The position numbers and the translations under genes are program-made. Positions 1 through 12,050 of a stretch of DNA of 64,000 nucleotides are shown piece by piece. Numbering within the stretch: the stretch's first letter is position 1; each line of letters opens with the position of its first letter. Below the pieces are notes generated by a model, which saw only the letters and a list, made by a program, of their open reading frames with translations, did no database searches and had not been told where the DNA came from. The DNA is from Psammoneis japonica. Lineage: Eukaryota. The DNA is taken from NCBI GenBank assembly GCA_008632985.1, contig QPGO01000013.1, positions 620,001-684,000 on the forward strand, given 5' to 3'.

Positions 1-2884
1 TTTTGCTGAAGTCAAGTGCACCAAAGTTGTTTGATGCTGACAATGGGAGGGCACAAGCAGTGCTGCACATGATGCCATTCTTGGGCTGGACAAAAATGCA
101 CTCTGCTCCTTGTTTGACCATGTGAAACTTGCAGAGTCCAACAAACAGAGTGGTGATGGTTTGCAGCATGGAGTCAAGTGTCCAGGAAGCACCCATGCCT
201 GAAGACATGGTGAGAGTTTGAACTTCAATTTTGACATGCACCATGCAAGAGGGATTGTGTCACAGCAGCAGCAGAAAAAGGCATTCTGTCAAGGAAGTCA
301 AGAACAGAAAAAGAGTGTGCAGGCCAGTTTGGTCGACAACTCCAGTGCAGGCTGTGGCCTGCAGTGAGTGGGTCCAGCCTCTCCTTGAGGAAGTGCAGCC
401 TTGCAACACAGTGACTGCCAAAGAAGAGAAGGAGCAGGAGCAAGAGGAGAAAAGTGAAGACAACAAAGTCTCAGAAGAGAGCACAGTTGAAGCACTGTCA
501 CAGCCACCAGCAACAACAACCAATGAATCCAGATGTCCAGAACTTGCCAAACTGGTCACCCCTGGTGTGATCTTTGACAACAAAGCAGCAAGTGCCTGGC
601 AAGGTGCTGGAGCAGGTGCTCATCAACACAAAAAGAAGGATGCTGTGCATGGAGAACTCACATGTGTGGTCCAGAACAAGAAGTGAGCAAGGTTGCTTGT
701 GTTGCCAAATGCCACCAACAATGACAAGCTCCAAAATGCTTTCTTCAAGAAGACTGTCATGGAGAGCATCAGCAGGAGTTGAGAGTGGCTGCAAGATTGT
801 TGCTGAGTTCACCATTGGACTCATGTCTGATTGCAAACCATCAACAATGTTGGCCAGCACAAAGGTCCTAAAAACAGATCATGTCTGCAACCTGATGGTG
901 CTCTAGACACCAGGGTGACAAGGAAGACTGTGTCTGTGTCTTGTTGCGCCCAAGCTGGCAAAAAAGGACCAGCTGGTGGCCCACTCTGGTGTGCAGGTGT
1001 GAGCACAATGGCTGCAAATGTCATCAAGCAGGCCATGCTGTGGAGAGAAAGACCTTGGGCTTGACTCTCAGAAAAGAAAAAGGGCAACACTTTTGTGAGC
1101 AAGCAGGAGACCACTTGGGGCACATGCTGGGGCTCACTGTGCTGGCTTTGTTGCATTGCAGCTGGAGGGAGAGAGCCAGGGGAAGTTTCACATTGCTGCA
1201 ATCATGAAATGCAAGGGGCAAGCATGTGATGCCATGAAAAAACAGTGGTCACATTTGAAAAAATTTGTTGCTGTGGTTCAGAGCTGAAATGTGCTTGACA
1301 AGAAGCCTGTGTTTTGATTCAGTGCTCATCCTTCATTGCAAAGGGGCAGCTTTTTGCAATTGACCAAATCAGCAAAGTGGGAAACCAGACTCAAGAAAAT
1401 TTGGTGTTGCAGCAATGTGTGGGCTCTTGACAAAATGACCCCTGCACTGGCAAAGCAGCAGGAGACAACAATGAGTGAAACATTCTTCATTTCTGTGCAC
1501 ACACATGGTCAGTTGTTTTGTTGCTCATTGGCTGGAGCATGCCAACAATTTGATTTGTTCATTTGTCAACTGTGGTGCACACTTTGCAATTTTGCTCTCT
1601 TGTGATGTTTGCTTCTGCCCTGGCAATGTTTGGCATTTGGTGCATGCTCTTGTTTCATGCTCTCATTTCATTGACTTTGCCCCCTCTTTTCTTAAGACAT
1701 TGTCCTGCCACCTCTTGCAGTCTGTTCTGCATCTCAGTGTTCTTGGCTGTGCTGCTTTTCATTGTGTGTGAGATGCAAGACAGCAATCCCTGACAGAAGA
1801 CAGCAGAGAAGTTGTCAGTTTGGCACTTTTTGTTTGGCAAGCATGGCACAATGCTGCTGTTTCTGCTTGCCTGTGTGCAGTGTTGCAGCACTTTGTTTCT
1901 TGTTCTTGGCTGTTTTTGTCAACTTGTCTGAGTTTCAAGAACAAAAAAAGGCAAAAAAGTGTCAACTTGTTTGTTTGCCACAAGCTTCCTGCTCCTTCGT
2001 CACACTTCTGACCTCTCACCTTTCCTGCAGCTTTTTTTTTTGTCAGTGTGTGAAGAGTCCTGGTTTTTGTCATTGCTTGTGTGCTGCTTGGGTGCACCCT
2101 GTGTTTGAGTTGTTTTGTGTGGCTGTGATGTGCCTTTTTTGCCATGGAGCTGAGCCAGTCAGCCTGGCAACCATTGCCTGTGTCATTTTTCAAGTGGTCA
2201 TTTTTTAAAAGCATTTTTGTCACATTTGTTTTTGATGTTTAGAGTCCTTTGAATCAACTTTTGGCAGATGAGTCATTTCACTGGTCTTTGTTGATGATGC
2301 ACCTCATTTGTGGTGGGGTTGTCATTTGTTCACCAGCTGCATGTTGAACATAATTTCAGACAGATGCAGCACATCTGTGTTCAAAGGAGACTGATGCCTC
2401 AATTTTTATGATCTCAGCTGGCTCTTGTCAAGAGTGAAATTTTCAAATTTGTGCTGGTCCACATGGCTTGTTTGTGTTTGCAAGACCACTGCTGTCACTT
2501 GCAGCTGATCTTTGCAACCGACCCAGCACATGCGCCCACAACAACCTTTGGTGTTGCTGCACTCTTGTCATGGTTGAAACTCATGGGCAGGAAGTCAGAA
2601 GAGGTCATGAAGTTGGTCACACAGGTGGTCGTGGACAAGGTGATTGTGGAGCTGGTCAAGCAAGAGGTCAACTGGTCTGGTCCATCCACGGTGCCAGGTG
2701 TGTGGGAATTGCCAGCACACAGCAGCTCCCAGAGACATGAGACAAGGGGGGCACTGCAGCTGCAGCACCTCCTGCCAATGTTCCTCCTCCCAAACAAGCA
2801 GCTGCACCATGTGCCAATGCAATCATGCGCTGTTGTGGCCCCATGTTGCCTTGTCTGTGACAGGTCATGGAGCAGACTTGTTCA

Positions 2885-3800
2885 GAGTGAAGGGGCCTCA
2901 TGATGGCGCCACCAACCAAGCCAACAACAGCAGGCGAGGGGCGCTGGTGGTCTCTGGTGGATCCCAGGTGACATTTCAAGAGCTGTGGTTGAGCAATGCA
3001 AGGCCAGTGTTGTGCAGTTGTGGCACCCTGTCGTGTCCTCCAAGCCAGAACAAGCACACTTCAAACTCCCAAGAACTCCGAAATGAAAGGACCCCATGAT
3101 GGCAGGCGCCATCCAACCCAACAAGAACTGCAAGCTGAGGAAGCTGGTGGTGTCTGACAGACCCCAGGCAACAGCCATTTTAAGAACCATGGTTGAGCAT
3201 TGCAAGGTTTGTTTTGCAGGGTCATGACCCCATGCCACCTTGACAGCAGGAGAGCAGACTTGAGTCTCCAAACTCCACAGGGAAAGGATCCCATGATGGC
3301 ACCAATGATGAACCTGACCAAGCTGAGGGTGTTGGTGGTCTCTGGTGGACTTCAGATGAGACTTTGAGAACTGTGGTTGGCCGTTGCAAGGTTGATCTCA
3401 GGTGTCATGACCCCATGTTACCTTGTCCCCCCAGCCCCCAAAATGGCAGCAGACTTGAACTTTGAACTTCTCTAAACTCCAGAGTGAAGAAAGGGCCCCG
3501 TGATGGTGCCAACAAACCCAACAACAGCAAGCTGCAGGCACTGGTTGTGTGTGGTCAACACCCCCAGGGGACAGCACTTTAAGGAGCATGGCTTGGTTGG
3601 GCAGTGCATGGCCTGTTTTTGCAGTTGTGGCTCCCTGTCACACCATCCTCTGTGCCAGAAAGAGGCTTCAAACCCACAGCTCCATGGTGAAAAGACCCCA
3701 TGATGGGGCAGACCAACCCAACAAGAGCAGGCTGAGGACATTGGTGGTGTCTGGTGGGTGCCAGGGATCACTTTAAGAACCACAGCTGAGCAGTGCAAGA
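2885..3800. repeat. Degenerate tandem repeat, unit about 200 bp, about 5 copies
   Basis: The motif ccatgatgg...aaccaac...gctgagg...tggtggtctctggtgg...actttaagaac recurs at about 2892, 3089, 3286, 3493 and 3693. Confidence 0.75.
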
Positions 3801-6349
3801 CCTGAAATCAAATGATGGAACCTTGTTTTTTGAGCTTTTCTGATTGGGCCAGCCCCACTTTTTTGGCTTGAATTTGCCAAAATGGCTTGTGATTTTTGCA
3901 AAAAAAAATTTTGCCACACTTGCAACGTGGCAGCTGTGGCAATTTTGGACAATTGAGGTGAGTGCAAAGGAGGGAGTCCTTTCACCAAGTCTTGTTTGTT
4001 TTGTGTTCCTTTTGCAGCATCAAAGGTCAGATGGGCATCAAAAGTTTGATGGCACCCACTGCACTTTGCCACACATGTCTGCTTGCACCATCAAGATGCA
4101 CCCATGTTGTGGTGCACATGCTGCGTTGCTTCAGCTTTTCAGATGAGACAAAAAATGCTGCCAAAATGAAAGACACAAAACAAAAAGGCTCTGCAGAGTC
4201 ATGACAGGGGGCAAGGATGGCTGAGAAGAGGGCACTTTCAGCCATGTGTCTCACTTCAAGCCAGAAGTGATGCTGACTGCTTTGTGGTTGACGGCACTGC
4301 TGTGTGGAACCCAACCATGTCAACACTTGCAGAGTGTGACTTTCTTGTTCAGGCATGTCTTTTCTTGTGATGACTTGCAGGGCTTGCAAAGATTGATGGG
4401 AGGTGCAAGAGATGTGTTTTGAACATGAGCAAATTGCAACAAGAGTTGGAGGTTGCACTCTTCAGATCTTGCTTGCTCACAATGTTCATCACTCAACTGT
4501 TTTGTGCATTGTCCATGCCTTGGTTTGCTGCACAAGAGGAAAAAGAGCAAGCAGGCTCATGCAGGGAAGGTTCAATGCAACAAAGTGCTCATGTTGAAGA
4601 ACCCAAGAAAACAATGGTGGTTGATGATTTGATGAGCAGGACTCATGCACTTCAAGCAATGCTCAGGTCTCCACTTTGCCCAGCATGGCACCAAGATCTC
4701 ATGGAGTGAGCTCAAAGTCATTGTTTGCTCCAGCTGTGTGTTGTGTTTTGCAGGTTTTGTGCAACATCCAGTGGCTGCTGTTTGCAGAGTTGTGCGTGGG
4801 TTAAAGGTTTTGCCCAGCTTTGCCAGAGGTGCAATTTTGCAATGGGTGATTGCTGCAAGCACTGGAGATGGGCACAGTCCAAAAAATGTTTGATGACATT
4901 TGGTGCATGTTTTGCTCTGGTCTTCTGACAGCATGCACAGCATCTGCAGCAGTGCAGCCCCTGGAGCCTTCATCACTTTGCATTGTTTCTCAGGCCATGC
5001 GCTGATCTGGGTCTGACTTTGCAGGCAAGCTTTGTCTCTCCATGAGCTGCACAATGAAGTTGAGTGCTGTGCACCCATGCATCCTCACGCAGTTGCTTGA
5101 CTTAAAGGACAGCCAATGTGCTGGCCTTGTTCAAAAAGGAAAAATGACCTGTTGAAAAGATGGGTCATGGCAGCACACAAAGAGCAAGCCCCAACTTGTT
5201 CACAGTGGGATGGTGAGGTCAAATTGCTCAATCATGAGCATTTGTGGCAACAGGAAGCATGAACAATGACAGAGACCAAATGACAACATGATGGCCATTG
5301 TGGGGGCTGGCTGCTTTGCATTGTGAATTGGGAGCAAGAGTGCAAACTGACATGGCAGGTGGAAGGAAAAGGGCTCAAGTTTAAAATTGTGCTGTCTGTC
5401 AAAAGGGCTTGGTTCAATGAGGAGCTCATTTTGAAAAGAAAGTCTTTTATTGTCATCAGACATGCAGCCAGGACACAGTGGATTGTGGCAGGGGGGTGCA
5501 CCATTGTTGTTGAAACAATGGTTTGTTGGTGGCTCAGTTGTGTGGGGGTGTCTGATGTGACCAAGAGACAAGTGCAACAGAAACACAGAAAGAACATGCA
5601 GCGGGCAACTGAAGGGAAGCATTTCCAAACAAATGAGTCAACTCTGAACAAGATGCTGTGCTGCAAAACATTGCAAATCTGTGACCACTGAAAAAATGAG
5701 CTGCCAACCTGAAGATGATGACTTTGGCAGTGCCAGATTTGTGGCTGAGAATGAACAAGCAGCAAAGCATCATTTGGAGCTGAGATGACAGAGAGCACCT
5801 TGGTTTTGAAAAAATGTGGTGCCTGTGGAGAGTGCAATCAATGTGCTGCAACATTTTGTTTCTTGTTCATGAGTGGTGGGCCATTGATCTTCTTGTGAAG
5901 CACAAAAACATGTTGCAGAGATGCATGCCTCCAGAGAAAGCTTGAAACAGCTTTGGGTGCTGGCTGTCACAGAGCTGCAAAGATGAGGCTGTGCAGCAAG
6001 CAGCAGCATCAGCACACCAAAGCAAGTGGCTCTCTGTTCCTTGACAAGAACAAATGCCAACTTGTGTGCTCTCACACAACGTCAAGGCTGAGAACAAAAC
6101 AACAGCACTCAAGAAGGATGGTGGGCAAGATGGGTCAGTCCAACAAAACACAAACTTGCAATGCCTGTTGTTGCTTCTGGTTCAATGCTCTTGGCTGCTG
6201 AGAAAAGCAGCATCATGCTGCACAACACCTTTCTGTTGGCAACTGGCAATCTCTGTCACAGTGTGGTGTTTGGCAAAGAAGGCATGCCCCTGCACTGGCG
6301 TGCAACAATGTCAACATTTTAGCATGCAACAGTCTGAAAAAGCATCCAA

Positions 6350-7460
6350 CAGAAGCAGAGGTGGACATGTGGACACAAGAGGAGCTCCAGGAGTCTCTTG
6401 AAGCCTTCAATGATGAGAAAAAGAGCAGACTGCCTTCTTGTTGGCCCCATGAGCCAAAGGGTGCCATTTTGTCAGTCTTGCACATGGTGCATCTGGGACT
6501 TGCCAAGGACACTTGGATGAGCCAGAGGACTGGCCACAAGACATGGCCCCACACAGTGATGAGGATGAGGAGTGTTGAGGACACTTGTTGGGAAGTGGCG
6601 GTTGACCATCAGATGCCATCCACAACCAACAGAAAATGAAAACTTGCCAATGTGGTGATGAAAGAGACAAAGGCTCAGTGAACCAAGGCAGCCAACATTC
6701 CTTTTTAACATCAGTGCAGTGCTCCTGAGATGACACAGGCAATGCAATGGAAAGGTTTGAAGAGTTGTCAACAGACACACTGCAAGAGTTGCAACAAAAA
6801 GACTTCTTTGGGGAAAGAGCTGGAAGATGTGATGACCACATTGCAGCTGAAACAAAACAAGGACATCATCAAGCACACCATGAGTTGGGGTGCACCTTTG
6901 CAGAGGATGCTTGCCATCACTCCACTGAGGAGGCACTGAAGCAACAATGCATGTTGCCAATGGCCCTCATGGAGTGTGCTTCATTGGTCTGCACATCAAG
7001 ATCTCAGCAGCTTGGTCAGATGACCTTGTGGGTCAACTTGCAGAGAGAACCCAAAGAGGTGCTGCCGTGAGGCTGCTTGTCCAAATGACATTGATGAGAA
7101 ATGCACTCCCAAGCAAAGCAACTCCTTGCTGTGCTCCATTGCATCATTGCTGCACTGACAAACCAAGCACCACATTGATGGATGAAAAAATCCAGAAACC
7201 AGAGAAAAGAGCAGCAGCAGAGCTTTCATTGTGCTGAGCATGATGCCAAAACTTCACTCAAAGCAGAAGGAGAGGGTTGCATTGTTGCACTCTAACTTGG
7301 CAGCCAGCACCACAATGGCCACACAGATGCACAACATTGACAAAACACCTTTGCCCACAAAGTTCTTTTTCAATGGATCATGTCATCTCAGAGTGGCTGC
7401 TGCAGATGCACACCTTGCATGTAAATTTTCACACTCTGGAGACACCCATTTTCTTTTGTG
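6350..7460 (+). mobile_element. Possible piggyBac-like DDE transposase relic
   Basis: Fragments HGVCFIGLHIK..ERTQRG (about 6965-7060) and DAHLACKF (about 7405) resemble my recollection of stramenopile piggyBac-like motifs (GLRFIGxxKT, DAYLAYKF). The region is heavily frameshifted and no TIR was seen. Confidence 0.3.
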
Positions 7461-7736
7461 CAAATGTCCAACCAGCAACATCTGCCTGAGTGTGCCAACA
7501 TTTTTCATGCGCACAGTGTGCAACCAAAATTCCCTTGTTGATTCTGAACTTTTTTGCACAGGAGTTTTGACCACATTTTGGCCCAAATTTGGTGCTCGTG
7601 GGACCCAGCCAATCTTGCAGGACCCAGCCATTGTCCTGACATTTCCATGTGAATGTTGTCACCAGACATTTTGCGTGAACCAACAGCAGCCAAAACCATC
7701 ACTCTCTCTTTTCTTGTGATGTCTTTCTTGTCTTGT

Positions 7737-7761
7737 CCCCCCCCCCCCCCCCCCCCCCCCC
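7737..7761. repeat. Poly-C tract (25 nt)
   Basis: Seen directly. Confidence 0.9.
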
Positions 7762-7829
7762 ATCCCAAGATGTTTCATCTGACACCCAAATCCACAAATC
7801 ATTGGTGGCTGTGGCAGCAAAAAAGAAAT

Positions 7830-8310
7830 GTTGCCAATTGCCCCAACTCTGGTTGGTCCTTTCTCATTTTGCTCTCAGATTGTCAGTCAAGTGAGGGGAA
7901 AGCATGATGTCTGCCATGGCAAAGGCAGAATCACACAACCCTTGTCAATGCTGAGGACAATTTTGCAAATGGAGAGGCTGCTGTGCCTTTGCCTCTTTTC
8001 CAACCAGTCTGTCACAGGAGACAGGAGACCATGAGTGGGACAGAGGGACAATGTTGCTCAAGGCAATCCTTGAGGTGCTTGCAATTTTTCTTTTTTTCAT
8101 GGGTTTCTGGGACTTTCTCTGGATCTTTTGAGCAGTGTGATTTGGTGCCCATGTCCTCTGCTGCAGCTCAAACATCAAATGTGGCATCAGCAAATTGCCT
8201 CCACCCCAACCGCATGCCATGGTGTTGCCCCTGTCACCATCTTTTGACTTCCTGAGGTTTCTGTTGACTTTGGCATGCTTGATCTTCTCACTGTCATCTT
8301 TTGAGGAGCT
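7830..8310 (-). mobile_element. Second, truncated CRE-like LINE fragment (RLE endonuclease region)
   Basis: 8060-8300 aligns by eye with 10005-10232. The two regions give parallel translations (GGGNLLMPHLMF..SRIALSNI versus GGGNLLMLHLML..SRLVWANI). Confidence 0.7.
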
Positions 8311-9799
8311 CCTTGCATTGCACAATCCCTTGCAGCTCCGCATCATTGAAGGTTTTGGTGTTGTGCTGATCAGATGCAGCACTCCCTTGACTGGTTTTCA
8401 GGCTGCTGTCCAGGAGTCACTTGGTTGATTGAATGAGCACTTCATGCTTTCCTGCACCCAAATCATCCATGTGTTTGATGAGAAATGAGCAAATGTTCTT
8501 GGCTCCTTTTGCCTCTCCACACCTTTGTCCAATCACTCTTTGATGTGCTGCAAGCATTTCCAAGCTCCATTTTTGGTCGACAACCCCATTTGTCAGCTCT
8601 GCAGTTGATTTGATGAATCACTGAGACAGACACAGGGTGCCAGCTGGTGCCAATGGCTTTGTCAAATGCAGTCACCCTCAACTCTGTCATCCAGATTTAG
8701 ACTGGCTGTCACACTTCATGCGCATGACCACCACAAAGAATGCAGTCTGCTTCAGAGCTGAAAGCCCTGGGTGGGTTCCAAGGGGCAGCAGCACCAACAC
8801 CCCTCTTGATTTTCCTCCATTTCCCTGTCAGTCTGACTTGGCTGGCAGCTCTTTTTCCCTTGAGGCAAGGTTGATCTCGTCCTCACCATTGTCACTCTCA
8901 ATGATTTCCTCTGCTTGTTTCTTTTGAGTGTGTTGTCCTTTTTGATTGCCAGAAGTGTTGCGGCATTCTTTTTCCTGCTGTCACTGGGTGCTGGGCTGTT
9001 GATGACTTGGCAAATGATTGGATTGGTGGGCAGGTGGAGATTTCAGGGAGACTGAAAGCTTCCACAGCTTTTCACCCGTTGTGAGTCCTTTCTTGTTCTT
9101 TCATTGCTGGAAGCAGGTGAAAGAGTGGCATGGTTTGTTGCTGCTGCAGCATGGACACCCATGCATTTGACCTGTTGGCACAATTGTGCAACCACAGCAC
9201 TTGCCAATTGTTGCTCTTTGGTGTTTGGCTCTTCTTGACATCAACCCAAAGCAGCACTTGAGTCTCTGCTTGTGCTCTTTTTGCAGGGGGCTTTGAGGGT
9301 GTCAGATTGAAGCTGCCATGGTCTCCTGTGCCCCATGTTGTTGTCACCCAACAGGGCCACCGGGTTTTGGTGGGTGATGTCACTTTGTGCCATGCAGTGC
9401 CAAATTGTTCAACTTTCAAATGAGTCAGTCACATTTGAATTTTCTCTCAATTCTCCAGCCAATGAGACAGTTTTTGAACAAATTCTGGGAAAGAAAGGGG
9501 CTCCAACTTGTGCAGTGTGTGCACAGCCAAAGCCACCAGGGTGCAGATGAAGTTGGTGGAATTGCAAACAGGTGTGGGGTTGCATGCCACCCACAATTGA
9601 AAGCAGTCATTGTTTGTGTGTCATGTGTTGTGGCATTGATTTGAACAGTTTTGGGGTGGACTTGTTGGCAATGCATGCATGCTTGTCATCACCAATTGGT
9701 GCTCATTCAATGATGTTGGCTCTTGAGCTGGTGGAGTTGGAGGGATGAGGAGCTGGCTCTGTGGCCCTCCCACATGGGGCGGCACTGGCTCATCTGACT

Positions 9800-12050
9800 G
9801 GATGGACCAACAAAGGCAGAGGTGAGCAGTGCATTTGATTGTGGCACTCATTTGGGCATTCACAAAGCCACATGCCTTGGAGTGTGGCCTTTGCCACTTG
9901 TCCAAGATCTTGGCTGCCATTGTGTGCAGCACAGCCCCCAACTCTTTTCTGACCAATCCATCAGAAGTTGCCATGAATGGGGTGAAGTGTCAATGTTGGC
10001 CCAAACAAGCCTTGAGATGCTTGTGCTTTTTCTCCCTTTTGTGGGCTTCCAGGACTTTTTCCAGATCTTTTGTCCTGGATGGTTGGGCATCCATGTCTGC
10101 CACCCCAACATCAAGTGCAGCATCAGCAGATTGCCCCCACCAACCATGCACCAGAATGTCACCTCTGTCACCACCCTTTGACTTCCTGAGTTTCTTGGTG
10201 ACTTCAGCTTGCTCATTGTTCTCAGCATCATCCAAATGAACTTGTCATTCTGAGAGATGACTGGGCTGCTGGCCTTTTTGACACTCCAGTGCATGTTGCA
10301 TGGAAATTTGTGCTTGCATTTGTCACACTCTTGTGGCAGATTAGGAGGTGCTGCATTGCAGTGCATGCAGAGAGCATCACAGAATTCTTGGTGGGACAAG
10401 CAAGTGCTGCTTGCAAGAAATGGATGGATGGTCAGCCAAGCTCCCATTTGGGTGCTTCTCTGCATGGCTCCAGCTTTTTCATCTGGCAGAGCATTGAGAA
10501 TGTTGCAAAGTTCATGCTCATTTGTGACATGGACTTGCAATCCTGGAGTGAGGGCTGGACTTCCTTGGAGTGTGCCAGCAGACTGCCAATTGGAGCTGAG
10601 TGCAAGTGCTTGGCTCACAATTCCCCAAAGCAGACTTTGTGGGACAAGGGATGGAAAGTCTTGCACATTCAATGGACAGGGAGGGTCATCCAGCCTTGTG
10701 GTCATCTTGGCTCAGCAAGTTGTTGAAAAGTGCCAGAAGAAAACAATGCACAATTGCAGCCTCAATCTTGGCAATTAACTTCTTCACAACACATTGGAGA
10801 CACTGCTGCTCATGCCATGAACCACATGTGCACCATCTGAGGGTGCTTGGCTGCACAACTCAGCTGGTCCTTTGATGACACCACCAGCCCACTTCTCAGA
10901 CTTCTCTTCCATCCTCTTTAGAAATTCTTTGTCCTTGCCAATGAAACTGCAAAGGTGTGTCTGCTTCCAGAGGCAGTGGTGAAGCCAAGATCTCCAAAGC
11001 AATGATTTGCTGCATCCAAGAAGTTGTGACTGGAGATGACTGAGATGTTCTTGTCATTGTCAGCTGGGAAGCATCTGACTCATGAACCTGGCTCTCTTGC
11101 AAACATGGAAAAAGTTCTCTGATTTGTTCAAACACACCAGCAGCTGCTGAGTCATCAGCATGCCATGAGGCAAATTCTTTGTTCAGTTGCCTGTTGCCTG
11201 ACTGGCAGGAGAAGACCCAGTCTACAAGCAACCACCACAAGTGGGTCACTCCACATGACAACCCTTCCTTGCTGAATGAGAAAAATGCCACACCAAAGCA
11301 TCCTCTGTTCACCAGGGCACTCCAACATTTGGGCACAAGGGTCAGAGATGCTTGACATTGTGTGGTGTCAGAATTCTGTTTTCTCCTCATTGAAGCTGTT
11401 GAAGGCATTGATGAAGAGAAGCCTGAATTCATCTTTGAATTTGTGCTGCTCCCAAAGGAGATCAACTGCATCAATTCCTCCCTTGATGCCTGCCTTGAGG
11501 CCAGCAGCACAAAATTGGTCAGCTCCACAGATGTCTTTGACTTCTGAGCCAGCACAAACCACCATCGCAGCTTCTGCACAATCCTTTGCCAGATCTCACC
11601 TGTGCCAGCCAGCCAGACACCTGGATTTGGGTTGAGAGCAAGCAGACATTTGGCCATGAGAGCGCGGCAGAGCCAGCCCATGGTGTCCAGTTTGTGAGCC
11701 TCCCAAGTGCCTCTCTTGGGAGTCCACTGGCATCTCCATGGCAGAGAAGCCAGCTTTGGTTTGTGAGCCTCCCAAGTGCCTCTCTTGGGAGTCCACTGGC
11801 ATCTCCATGGCAGAGAAACCAGCTTTGGAAACCACCTTGGCGATGGCTGAGCCAGCCAAGTTTGCCATCACACCCAGGTGGGGGCATCTTGCTGCTTTCT
11901 TCTCAACAGCACCATCTGAGACTGGCATGTCTTGGAAGTCTGGCAGCTTGCCAAAGTGTCTTGAAAGTGGGCTTCTTCTGGAACCCCAGCTTCTGGATGC
12001 TTTGCCAAGAGGACATCGCGTGGTGGGCTGGATCCTTGGTCTTGTCCGCA
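9800..12050 (-). mobile_element. Decayed non-LTR retrotransposon, CRE/R2-like (RT, zinc knuckle, restriction-like endonuclease)
   Basis: Motifs in order: LLALNPNPGVWLAGTGEIWQR, GADQFCAAGLKAGIKGG, LLFINAFNSFNE, SKEG, WHADD (for WYADD, 11165-11151), GAWLT..LSHQEFCDALC..PPNLPQECDKC, RGDILVHGWW..DVGVADMDA..EKKHKHLKAC..DGLV..KWQRPHS. Many frameshifts. Confidence 0.85.
11691..11828. repeat. 69-bp direct tandem duplication inside the LINE relic
   Basis: 11691-11759 and 11760-11828 differ at one base (gaagcc versus gaaacc). Confidence 0.9.

Noticed and set aside
1880..5870. Short similarity between about 1880-1910 and 5843-5870 (both translate EQETKCC on the minus strand)
   Set aside because: Only about 27 bp in compositionally skewed DNA, and I could not extend it by eye.
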